Source: Octopus sinensis (taxonomy: Eukaryota). From it: 64,000 bases of DNA. The translations under genes were made by a program, and so were the position numbers. Where the stretch lies: positions 31,929,360 to 31,993,359 of the forward strand of contig NC_043019.1 in the NCBI RefSeq assembly GCF_006345805.1, written 5' to 3'. Positions 1 to 11,260 of this stretch are shown piece by piece; positions within the stretch are counted from its first letter, which is position 1; each line of letters begins with the position of its first letter. Below the pieces are notes generated by a model. That model saw nothing but the letters and a program-made list of their open reading frames with translations. It did not search any database and was not told where the DNA came from.

Positions 1-235
1 AGTCACTTCTCTTGATTTTTTAATGGCTTTGCGGGGTGACTGGGGAAATGTAAAGATGTGCACGACCACCCTTGGACGGTTTTGAATGACCATAGAAAGT
101 GCGAGCCCTCTAACTGAAAAATTGTGGATTGGTATAAAGGACACACACACAGACAGACATTTTGCTGATTATATATATAGAGATGATGGGGACAAACACC
201 CTCTACACATACGCGCGCACGCACACACACACACA

Positions 236-358
236 GCTTCTTTCAGTTTCTGCCTATCAATTCCACTCACAAGGCTTTGCTCAAGGTGTCACCGAGTGAA
301 ACTGAACCTGGAATCATGTGCTTGAGAAGCAAGCTTCTTAGTACACAGCCATGCCTAC
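236..358 (-). mobile_element. Degenerate SINE-A 5' fragment
   Basis: Reverse complement matches the tRNA-like head and body of the SINE-A copies at 5056 and 47866. Confidence 0.7.
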
Positions 359-514
359 ACCGCACACGCTCACACACACACACACATATAACACAAATAC
401 ACACATACTGTATACACGAGTTCAGCCTTAAATTCCTACTAAATCTTTTTTCTCATAAAATTCAATGATAAAGAAATGATGGATATGGATTTTCCACTTC
501 CCAGCTGTAGAGAC

Positions 515-518
515 ATTT

Positions 519-561
<43 letters not shown>

Positions 562-580
562 ATATATGTATATATATGTA

Positions 581-611
<31 letters not shown>

Positions 612-751
612 GTATGTGTGTGTGTATATATATATATATATGCTTTTCTGCTTTCTCTTGAGTATGTATTTGTGTGTATATTTGTATAGATGTGTGTTAT
701 GTATTTATACACAACACACATACACATATGTATGTATGTATATATATATAT

Positions 752-783
<32 letters not shown>

Positions 784-930
784 CTTCATTTCCTATGTAC
801 ATTTATGTATTTTCAGTTGTACTTATACATATGCGTATTTGTGTACACATATACACACACGCGCGCGTACACAACACACACACACACGCGCGCGCGTACA
901 CACACACACATGTAGCCACACATATAAACA
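515..930. repeat. Compound (TA)n/(TG)n/(CA)n microsatellite field
   Basis: Direct inspection; source of the spurious [12 protein letters not shown] ORFs. Confidence 0.95.
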
Positions 931-1304
931 GGTAATATAATATGCATCTAAGTTAAAATTTGTGGTCTGTGCATATTTGTGTATATTTCCTATATGTCTT
1001 TTTTTTACTTTCAAGTTCCATTTTAGTCCGTCTAAATCTGATCCAAAATTAGATCTGTTGATATTTTGAAGTTTAACCCCGAGTAGTAGTCATGGATTTA
1101 GTATTGCCCTCTGGTGGTTGTTGTGGTCACGACGCAATTGTAGTTGAGGTATTGATTGTCATGCTGATAGTCTCGTGTGACGTGGTTTTAGACATGTTTC
1201 CGTGATATTTTATATGTCATTTTATAACTAAATGGCTCCAGCATGGCCATAGCACAATGACAAGAACCAACAAAAGAATGTACGCTCAGTCATATATTGC
1301 TGAG

Positions 1305-1392
1305 ACCTCGCTTCGGTGATGACTGACCGTGGGATTGCAGCTAGAGAGTTACCCTCCCAGGCACAAGTACAGGCAAGGTTGTTTATGGAACA
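1305..1392 (-). mobile_element. SINE-D 3' fragment
   Basis: cttcggtgatgactgaccgtgggattgcagctag...gttgtttatggaa matches the ends of the SINE-D copies at 39025, 51982 and 62322. Confidence 0.7.
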
Positions 1393-1394
1393 TT

Positions 1395-2105
1395 TGACTG
1401 CGACCATGCTGGAGCACCGCCCTTAGTCGAGCAAGTCGCCCTCAGGACTTATTCTTTGGAAGCCTAGCACTTATTCTATCGGTCTCTTTTGCCGAACCGG
1501 TAAGTTATGTGGACGTAAACACACCACCATCGGTCCTCAAGCGATGTTGGGGGACAAACACAGACACGCAAACATATTCACACACACATACATATACATA
1601 TATATATATACACATCATTCTTCCGTTTCATCGAGTTGTTACCAACCTTCCTGTCTCCGCTCTTTTGTCTTTAAAAACTAGCCCCTGTTATCCAAAACTT
1701 CCGGCCTTTCAGCATGTTTACTTCGTAAAAAACCAGTCGCGTTTTTTTTTCCCTCCGTTCGCCCACATCGGGATCTTTCTTTCTTCTTTCTTCCTTCTCT
1801 TATGTTTCCGACGAAGAGCTCCGCTCGAAACGTCATACCCTCCTTCTTCCCTTTTTCCTGAGCGCCTAATAATAATAATACTTTAATTGTTCCACGTGTT
1901 GTTGTTTTTTCTGTTTTCCCGTTTGGATTAACCTTATATATATATACATATATATGACAGGCTTCTTTCACTTTCCGTCTACCAAATCCACTTACAAGGC
2001 TTTGATCGGCCCAAGGCTATAGTAGAAGACACTTGCCCAAGGTGCCACACAGTGGGACTGAACCCGGAACCATGTGGTTGGCAAGCAAGCTACTTACCAC
2101 ACAAC
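1395..2105 (-). mobile_element. SINE-A split by a Penelope-like insertion in its internal microsatellite
   Basis: 3' half at 1395-1600 and 5' half at 1955-2105 are collinear with intact SINE-A copies. Confidence 0.85.
1620..1940 (+). mobile_element. Penelope-like (PLE) pseudo-LTR fragment with minimal hammerhead motif
   Basis: tatg-ttt-ccgacga-a-gagc(tcc)gctc-gaaa-cgt-cata at about 1802-1831 fits the short PLE-type type I hammerhead layout (U4C). Confidence 0.6.
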
Positions 2106-2491
2106 CATTATTTCACATCCTCTTTTCTATGCTTACATTGGTTGAACAGGTTTTCCCTGTGTAATGTTTTACCACCAGTTATGATCCTTTGGTGTCTCCC
2201 TTTTGGTGCCTAGCCTTCTAAGATCAGCTTTTTACCACTTGTGTTCCTTACCTTTGGTTTTCTTCTCCACTGGTTTCTCTCATCTGGATCAATTGACACT
2301 TCCATTACCCAACTGTCATTCACCATATGCATCCCGTAGTTTCCTCTCATGCTCACTACTTCTAATTTCTTATATACCCAGTTTATATCTCATCTCATTT
2401 GTGCTCCAACATTCATACACACTAATATTAAACATCCAACAGAGCAGTCTCACTTCAATTCCTTTCAGTCATCAAGTATCTTCTACATTCT

Positions 2492-3890
2492 TGTTTCTTT
2501 ACTGCCCACAGGAGGGCTAAACATAGAGGGGACAAACAAAGGCAGACAAACGGATTAAGTCGATTATATCGTCCCCAGTGCATAACTGGTACTTAATTTA
2601 TCAACCTTGAAAGGATGAAAGGTAAAGTCGACCTCAACGGAATTTGAACTCGGAACTTAACGGCAGACAAAATACCTATTTCTTTACTACCCACAAAGGG
2701 CTAAACACAGAGAGGACAAACAAGGACAGACAAACGGATTAAGTCGATTATATCGACCCCAGTGCGTAACTGGTACTTAATTTATCGACCCTGAAAGGAT
2801 GAAAGGTAAAGTCGACCTCGACGGAATTTGAACTCGGAATGTAATGGCAGATGAAATACCTATTTCTTTACTACCCACAAAGGGCTAAACACAGAGAGGA
2901 CAGGCAAACGGATTAAGTCGATTATATCGTCCCCAGTGCGTAACTGGTACTTATTTAATCAACCCCCGAAAGGATGAAAGGCAAAGTTGACCTTGGCGGA
3001 ATTTGAACTCAGAACGTAACGGCAGACGAAATACCTATTTCTTTACTACCCACAAGGGGCTAAACACAGAGAGGACAAACAAGGACAGACAAAGGGATTA
3101 AGTCAATTATATCAACCACAGTGTGTAACTGGTACTTATTTAATCAACGGCGAGCTGGCAGAATCGTTAGCACGCCGGGTGAAATGCTTAGCAGTATTTC
3201 ATCTGCCACTATGTTCTGAGTTCAATTCCGTCGAGGTCGACTTTGCCTTTCATCCTTTCGGGGTCGATAAATTAAGTACCAGTTACGCACTGGGGTCGAT
3301 ATTATCGCCTTAATCCGTCTGTCTGTCCTTGTTTGTCTCCTCTGTGTTTAGCCCCTTGTGGGTAGTAAAGAAATAGGTACTTATTTAATCAACCCCTGAA
3401 AAGATAAAAGGCAAAGTTGACCTTGGCGGAATTTGATCTCAGAACGTAACGGCAGACGAAATACCGCTAAGCATTTCGCCCGGCGTGCTGACGTTTCTGC
3501 CAGCTCACCGAGGAGCAGTAACTCAGAAAAGACTTCACATGGAGAGAACATAGAATTTGCATAGTAAAACTAAAGCAACCCATCTGAGAGAATTGCAACT
3601 ATAAAGAGAATCTGAGTGAATTCTCTGGTGCTGATGGTATGATTAAATGCATCCAATTCATATGTGTTTCTTTATTACCTACAAGGGGCTAAACATAGAG
3701 GGGACAAACAAGGACAGACCAACGAATTAAGTCGATTACATCGACCCCAGTGCGTAACTGGTACTTAATTTATCGACCCCGAAATGATGAAAAGCAAAGT
3801 CGGCCTCAGCGGAATTTGAACTCAGAACGTAGCGGCAGACGAAATACAGCTACGCATTTCGCCCGGCGTGCTAACATTTCTGCCAGCTCG
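2492..3890. mobile_element. SINE-B cluster: minus-strand ~180 bp tandem array with a plus-strand copy (3149-3378) inserted, plus a further minus copy (3668-3890)
   Basis: Repeated ggattaagtcgattatatcgaccccagtgcgtaactggtac and B-box-like gagttcaaattcc; 18 bp duplication ggtacttatttaatcaac at 3131-3148 and 3376-3393. Confidence 0.9.
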
Positions 3891-5055
3891 CATCCAATTC
3901 ATATGGTTGAGTGGTTGGTGACAGGAAGGGCACCCGGCTGTAAGAAACACTGCTCAAATCATGATAGGGAAAAAGTATATGAACACACATATGTGCACAT
4001 ATAAACACACTCACACACCCATGTATATAGCCAGACATTGACATGTGTATTCAGTGTATATGTGTGTATATTTAAGAAAATGTGTGTGTGTGTATATAAA
4101 TATTTTATTGTTTTTGTATTGATGTCTTCATGTATGCACACACACACACACACATATATAGACACTGACACATATTACTGCACAAGTATATATGCATGCC
4201 TGTGTGTGAGTATATATATGTATGTGTATATATATCTTTGTATGTATATTGGGTGTGTTTTGGTCAGTCATTTGAGATTGACAATGTTGAAATTTGAGAC
4301 CTGAATGTTTATTGTAGATGTTGATTTTTAGTTTATTATTTTTTTTTTATGTGCTTAAAAAAAAGTCCTGGGTAAATCTTTTTTGCATTAGCTTTTTATT
4401 GTTTTGTTGTTGGTTTTTTTTTTTGTAATTTCTTTTAAGTGCAGGGTGTTTAAGGGGTGGCATGATATGTTTGTGTATTTCATAGATGGTGATTTCTCTG
4501 GGTATTGGAGGGGGTAGCTTAACTTCAAAGTCTTCTCAGTGTGTGTGTCGTGGGTGGGTTGGTGTAGTTGTGTGTGTGTGTGTGTGTAGTTTTAAGTGTA
4601 TGTGGTTGTGTGTATTGTTTCGTTTCTATTTATTTTTTTTTTCATTTTCTGTATTTACAAAATGTTGCCACTCCCCACCTGTTTCCTCCAGAGCTCCACC
4701 CATCCCAACCTCAATCCTCCACGCCCCACTCCCACTCCTAAACCTTCATCTACAACACCCCTCCTGTCCAATACCCTCTGCCCCCCCCCCACACACATAC
4801 ACATACCTTTCTCCGACTTCACCACCTGGTTCCACTACCACCAGAAAACAGCTGGTCTTTTTGCTGCTAGAGCCCAGGCAGGATCCATATAATCCAGAGC
4901 TTAACCAGCTAGAAATAGCAACCAAGTCTCCCTTAACCCTTCAGAATTTAAACCAGCCATATCCTGCCCAAGATTTCTTCTTGTTTGGCGCTCAGATCAA
5001 TTAGATCTCACCTCTCACACCTACCCTACAATGCCATTCTAAAAATAAACAACCA

Positions 5056-5416
5056 GTGTGGTAAGTAGCTTGCTTACCAACCACATGGTTCTGGGTTCAG
5101 TCCCACTGTGTGGCACCTTGGGCAAGTGTCTTTTACTATAACCTCAGGCCGACCAAAGCCTTGTGAGTGGATTTGGTTGACGGAAACTCAAAGAAGCCCG
5201 TCGTATATATATATGTGTGTGTGTCTGTGTTTGTGCCCCCAACATGCTTGACAACCGATACTAGTGTGTTTACGTCCCCGTAACTTAGTGGTTCGGTAAA
5301 AGAGACCAATAGAATAAGCACTAGGCTTACAAAGAATAAGTCCTGGGGTCGATTTGCTCGACTAAAGGCGTTGCTCCAGCATGGCCACAATCAAATGACT
5401 GAAACAAGTAAAAGAG
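5056..5416 (+). mobile_element. SINE-A (tRNA-like head, CORE-like box, internal TA/TG microsatellite, aagagta tail)
   Basis: A-box-like gtggtaagtag, B-box-like gggttcagtccc, gtggcaccttgggcaagtgtc box; numerous similar copies in the window. Confidence 0.9.
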
Positions 5417-5479
5417 TAACCACATCATGAAAATCATGAAAAGTTACTGTTTATATCTCGTTCAGAGATTTATTATTGC

Positions 5480-5534
<55 letters not shown>

Positions 5535-5606
5535 TATATATAATATATATCATTATCACTTCACCAGTTTGCCTCAGTGGGGCTCAATATTTTCTAAAGC
5601 CTTTAA

Positions 5607-6344
5607 CCCTTTATTAAGCATTTCATCTGGCCATATCCGGCTCAAATATTCTACCTGTCTAATGTTAAAACTGACCAGATCCTGCCTCTCACACTTACCC
5701 TACAATGCCATTCTAAAAAATATACAAATGCATCATTGAAATCTTGGAGCTATGAGATAATCCGTAATTAATTAAAATCAATGTGAATAAATAAACATTA
5801 TTTTTTTTTCTTTTATCTTTTGCGCCCTTTTAAAGCCTAGCCAGGCTCATAGGCTCGGTTTCCCAGTTTCAATGACATGTGTGTTCCCCAGCTGGACGGG
5901 ATGCCAGTCCATTGCAGCTTTACTCATTTTTGCCAGCTGAGTGGACTGGAGCAACGTGAAATGAAGTGTTTTGCTCAAGAACACAACACTCGCCCAGTCC
6001 AGGAATTGAAACCACAATCTTACGATCATGATACTGACACCTAAACCACTAGGCCACGTACCTTCACTGTGCCCTTTTAAAGCCTAGCCAGGCTCATGGG
6101 CCCGGTTTCAATGGCGTATATGTTCCTCACCTGGACGGGACACCAGTCCATCACAGCATTACTCATTTTTGCCAGCTGAGTGGACTGGGGCAACGTGAAA
6201 TGAAGTGTTTTGCTCAAGAACACAACGTGTCGCCCAGTCCAGGAATTGAAACCACAATCTTACGATCATGATGCCGACACCCTAACCACTAAGCCTCCAC
6301 AAATAAGCTTTATATTTGGTTAGAATTATCTGAATGTAAAAGGG
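5607..6344. mobile_element. piggyBac-like MITE carrying a SINE-E dimer
   Basis: TTAA-CCCTTT...AAAGGG-TTAA ends (TTAA at 5603-5606 and 6345-6348); related internal sequence at 4940-5050, 18960-19270 and 48380-48450. Confidence 0.75.
5820..6298 (-). mobile_element. Head-to-tail dimer of SINE-E (~245 bp unit)
   Basis: Two diverged copies whose reverse complement matches the unit of the 15316-16707 array. Confidence 0.85.
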
Positions 6345-6504
6345 TTAAAGTATGTCTTTGAAAATTTCTAGTGCTTGTAGATACCTGTTGTTGCATGCAT
6401 TCTGGTTAATGTAGTCTGAGGTACACTATGCCCTGTGCTCATTTCGCAGGTAAAAATATGTAAAAAATAATTCACTGCCATCACTATTACCATACCAGTA
6501 AACA

Positions 6505-6895
6505 ACAATCACCACCACCATCATCATCGCTGCTAATATTGCCACCCTCCTCACCACCACCACCACCACCATTATCATTACAACCACCAGAACCATCATC
6601 ACCACCACTAACATCACCACAACTTTCACCATCACCACCTCCACCACCACCACCTCCGCCAACATCACCATCACTACCACCACCAGAACCATCATCACCA
6701 CAACTTTCACCATCACCACCTCCACCAATATCACCACCTCCACCAACATCACCACCTCCACCAACATCACCACCTCCACCAACATCACCTCCACCAACAT
6801 CACCACCACCACCACCACCACCACCACCACCACCACCATCACCACCACTAATCTCCCTCCATCACCACCAACATTCCCCCTCCCCACCACTACTC
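6505..6895. repeat. (CAC/CAT)n low-complexity tract
   Basis: Direct inspection; gives poly-Val and poly-Pro ORFs. Confidence 0.9.
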
Positions 6896-7054
6896 ACATT
6901 ACAACAAGGTTAAATCCGCCAAGTGTTATTTGTTTAAATCAACATGGAGCCATCAAAGTTGTTGATTAACATTGTTTACACAACACAATCAACATTACAT
7001 CTTATCAACATCTTTTTTTTCTCCACTGTATCCTCTCTGTCAGTTTCTCTCTCT

Positions 7055-7087
<33 letters not shown>

Positions 7088-7462
7088 CACACATACAGTT
7101 GTGTACGTCTTGGGTCTATCTGCTGCCCATTTTTTTTTTTCACACTGTTTGCATACCTCTTCGTTCTATTGTTCTCTTACTTGGAATACTTGGAATCAAG
7201 AATCTTCTTATCACCATTCTAAAGGAACACAGTGGTAACAGAATAAAAAAAAAAACAAAAAAACATTTACTCTATTTTCGTGTTTTCCAGCATGCAAGTC
7301 ACATAGAACTTAATGTAAACATTCAGACATCGTCATTATCTTTCCAAATCCTTCTGCATTTCAGCATGAAATTTTAGCTGCCTGATGTATAAGTCAACCC
7401 ACCTGATTTGGGCTGTAAATTTTGCTCTAAAATAATTTGATTTGTATTCCAGAAAATACACA

Positions 7463-7505
<43 letters not shown>

Positions 7506-7508
<3 letters not shown>

Positions 7509-7664
7509 ATTCGAGACAAAACCACTATTTTAAAACCTTAATCAATACATAAAATTTTAATATAAATTAAATTTTATTTATTTATTTAATTTATATTAAA
7601 ATTTTATGTATTGATTAAGTCTTTCCTTGTTTGGTTTTAAAATAGTGGTTTTGTCTCGAATTAT
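7506..7664. repeat. Long AT-rich inverted repeat (foldback)
   Basis: ataattcgagacaaaaccactattttaaaacc...ttaaat versus atttaa...ggttttaaaatagtggttttgtctcgaattat; ~65 bp arms with a bulge on the right arm. Confidence 0.9.
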
Positions 7665-7800
7665 ATTATATAACATTTTACTATAAAATTGGATTTAACC
7701 CTAAATCTGATTTTTCCCTGTAATTTTGGATTCATTCCCTAATATTTATTATTATATATATATATATATATACTTTATTTAAAAGCAGCAGAAATACAAC

Positions 7801-7850
7801 AAAACCTGTTACTCAGAGTTTCACGTTCCCGTTCGTCGGACAGTTTTGTT
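7801..7850 (-). ncRNA. Type I hammerhead ribozyme-like fold (PLE-type, U4C)
   Basis: Minus strand: aaaactgt-ccgacga-acg(ggaa)cgt-gaaa-ctc(t)gag-ta-acaggtttt; stems I, II and III all pair. Confidence 0.65.
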
Positions 7851-7898
7851 AAAATTGTTTACTCCGGTATATATATTTATGTATATATATATATATCT

Positions 7899-8232
7899 CT
7901 TTTACTTGTTTCAGTCATTTGACTGCAGCCATGCTGGAGCACCGCCTTTAATCGAGCAACTCGACCCCGGGACTTATTCTTTGTAAGCCCAGTACTTATT
8001 CTATCGGTCTCTTTTGCCGAACCGCTAAGTGACGGGGACATAAACATACCAGCATCGGTTGTCAAGCAATGCTAGGGGGACAAACACAGACACACAAACA
8101 CACATGCACACACATACATATACACGACAGGCTTCTTTCAGTTTCCGTCTACCAAATCCACTCACAAGGTTTTGGTTGGCCCGAGGCTATAGTAGAAGAC
8201 ACTTGCCCAAGGTGCCACGCAGTGGGACTGAA
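7899..8232 (-). mobile_element. SINE-A
   Basis: Near-consensus reverse-complement copy. Confidence 0.9.
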
Positions 8233-8332
8233 CCTGGAACAATGTGGTTGGTCCAGTTGGCTGCAGTAGACTTAAGATGTGGTTGATGGGCCAGGTTTAA
8301 TGAAATCATAATGGATCACACCTGCACCAGTT

Positions 8333-8600
8333 GAGGCATATGGCCTAGTGGTTAGAGCAGCAGACTCGCAGTCGAGGGATTGCGGGTTCAAATCTCAGAC
8401 TGGGTGATGTGTGTGTTTATGAGCGAAACACCTAAGCTCCATGCGGCTCCGGCAGAAGGTAATGGCGAACTTCTGCTGACTCTTTCACCACAACTTTCTC
8501 TCGCTCTTTCCTCCTGCATCTTGCAGCTCACCTGCAACAGACCGGCGTCCCGTCCAGGTGGGGAACCTATACGCCAAGGAAACCGGGAAACCGGCCCTTA
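8333..8600 (+). mobile_element. SINE-C/E-type element with tRNA-Arg-like head
   Basis: ggcatatggcctagtggttagagcagcagactcgcagtc...ggttcaaatc head; 3' part ggcgtcccgtccagg...ggaaaccgg resembles the SINE-E tail. Confidence 0.75.
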
Positions 8601-9195
8601 TTTAAAAAATGAGACATTTTTGTGACAAGAAAGTAGCATAATGCAGGCTTCCAAACATTGCCGTTTCTGATTTATCCAACTTTTTCACTTTGCCAATTTG
8701 AACTAGATGAGTCAATATTGTTTGCTTGCTAACACCAAACAATGATAATTCACAGGCACCTTGAGATGGAGCTGATTCGACAGTGGATCTCGGTTCGTCA
8801 TTATCCACCTTTGTTTCTGGTTGACCGCATTGCTCATTTGTGAGGTCAAAGTTACCAGAACGAAATTTTGCAAACCAATTTGAAACTGTCTGCTGTGTAA
8901 TAACCTTAGAACAAAATACTCTATTAATGTTCCAAGCTGTCTGTGATGCTGCATTTCCAAGAAAGAACTCGTATTTCAAAACTGTATGAATTTCCAACTT
9001 ATCTATCTCTAAACAAAAACAGCAAAAAACGATTTATAAATACTTTATAATGTGTAAAATGAATTGGAATAAAGAAATAGATGTGTCAGCTTTCTAACAA
9101 AAATGAAAGATTGTCAAAATATAATAATGGTACAAAATGAGCAGCTATCAAAGTTTACCATAAACTTACTACAAATTTCATACTTGACGACCTAA
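8595..9195 (-). pseudogene. mariner transposon 5' end with decayed transposase (N-terminal HTH)
   Basis: ORF 8602-8997: EIHTVLKYEF...TVSNWFAKFRSGNFDL...GKVKKLDK; the WVPHEL region is deleted and a shifted frame reads QKRQCLEACIMLLSCHKN; terminus TA-TTAGGTCGTCAAGTATGAAAT. Confidence 0.9.
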
Positions 9196-9220
9196 TATAT
9201 ATATATATATATATATATAT

Positions 9221-9450
9221 CACCTTGATCACCTTGACCGACCAGTCCATCGGGCATCCATTTGACACCGCTGGTCACAGCACGCTATCCACTCCTCTCT
9301 GGATCGCACCTTTCTCATACACGTGATCCCAATCGTCTTCCTGAAATCATAGCTCCACCATCGTGGAGGCCTTCCAAGTGGTCGTTTCTACTCTCACGGG
9401 TACCACTCAACAACTACGCAGGTCCACCGATCATCGGTGAGCCGGGCGAC
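9221..9450 (-). mobile_element. RTE-clade LINE 3' end (5'-truncated)
   Basis: Translates as VARLTDDRWTCVVVEWYP*E*KRPLGRPPRWW, an RTE-type C-terminal motif; the tail ends ggtgatcaaggtga then (TA)n. Confidence 0.8.
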
Positions 9451-10235
9451 ACATTCTACTCTTACAAACACACACAAGCACATTACTCCTTCTACACACA
9501 CATACACACACTACCGCTAAACACAGTCTACTCCTGTCCACACATTACTCGTATTCACACCTACATCAATACTCCTCATCGCGAGTAGCATACAACAACC
9601 AAATGAACACCACATACTCTCTCTCTCTCACTCTCAACACCCGGCCTCTAATACTCTTCAAATTCTTGCCCTGCTTACAACACAAGCTAAACTTCGATTT
9701 CCTCCTGAAACCAAATTTCCTGTTGACACTGTGAACCTTATTACAAAGTATAAATACTTTACATGCATGGACTCATACACACACATTATCTCTCTCTCTC
9801 TCTCTCTCTCACGGAGGGGCCCTGTTATCTTGATTGGCTGCCCCTTGTCTGTGAGGTGCGATGTTTTCAGGTCTGTTGTAGAATTTGGAAAGGTTTTTTG
9901 TTTTTGTCTTTTTACACATACCTAGACGCATACCCCTAATTCTCTCTCACACACACACACATGCACACACACACACACTCACTCACATGCACACTCACAC
10001 CAACAGACTCCTTTGTGTGTGCACATGTGTTGTCTATCTCTGTTTCATTTTAATTCAATAAGATTCTTTCTCCCTCTCTTTTTCTCTGTCTGTCTGTCTG
10101 TCTCTGTTAACAAACTCATTAAAATCTTCTCTAATTACTCATCCAGTTTCCTGTTACTTAACATTAAGGCTTAACGAGAACACTTGATATCGCATTAAGT
10201 AACTCCTCCCACCCTGCCCCCAACTCTCCATTCAC

Positions 10236-10268
<33 letters not shown>

Positions 10269-10722
10269 CCTATCCCTATCTCTCTCTTTCTCCCTCACCA
10301 CCACCACCCTTTCCTCTCTTGCTATCTACCTCTAACGACCCTGGCCAGTTTTCTGTTTGCTCATTAACTTCAGCTTTTCATCTGTGCATTTTTCAGGTGA
10401 GATCTTCACCCTCGCCCCTCCCCGCCCCGACCTGCCCCGCCCTGCCCCACCCACACAGGTTGCTTCACTATCAAGTGATGATGCATTCTGGTGCAGTGGT
10501 GCAGTTATACAACATAGTTGCACACGTCTTGAGATATTGTCTAAATTTTTGGTGTCGGGGCTGCGGGGAGAATGTTTTTATAATACATAATAAGATACCT
10601 GGTTATGTCAGCCACGTGGAAATGTTATCTGCGAAAAGCTGGCATTCTTTCTGAGGGGGCTTTATTTCATCAAGCCCCAGAAGGATGAAAGGTAATGTTG
10701 ACCTCAATGATATTTGAACACA

Positions 10723-11160
10723 GGCGGCGAGCTGGCAGAAACATTAGCGCGCCGGGCAAAATGCGTAGCTGTATTTCATCTGCCGTTACGTTCTGAGTTC
10801 AAATTCTGCCGAGGTCGGCTTTGCCTTTCATCCTTTTGGGGTCGATAAATTAAGTACCAGTTACGCACTGGGGTCGATATAATCGACTGGCACCCTCCCC
10901 AAAATTTCCGGGCCTTGTGCCTAGAGTAGAAAAGATTATTATTATCATTATTATTATTATTATCATAGAGCGGTGAGCTGGCAGAATCATTAGCACGCTG
11001 GACGGAATGCTTAGCAGTATTTCACCCACCACTACATCCTAAGTTCAAATTCTGCCGAGGTCAACTTAATCTTTCATCCTTTTGGGGTTGATAAAGTTTT
11101 TCTGTCCTTGTTTGTCCTCTCTGTGTTTGGCCCCATGTGAGTAGTAAAGAAATAGGTATT
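10723..11160 (+). mobile_element. Two SINE-B-type copies
   Basis: ggcggcgagctggcagaaac head, gagttcaaattc B-box, cctttcatcc...ggggtcgataaattaagtaccag body. Confidence 0.85.
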
Positions 11161-11260
11161 TGAACACAGAAAGTAAAAGGACTGGGAAAAATGCTGCCTG
11201 CTCACTGTCTTAATAATGGTTTTAAATTTTCGCTCAATGCCAGCAATTTTAGAGAGATAT

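Noticed and set aside
6426-6913. Extensin-like poly-Pro and poly-Val ORFs
   Set aside because: CAC/CAT repeat artefact.
10474-10653. C/D box snoRNA (GTGATGA ... CTGA)
   Set aside because: No terminal stem, boxes far apart, no evident guide.
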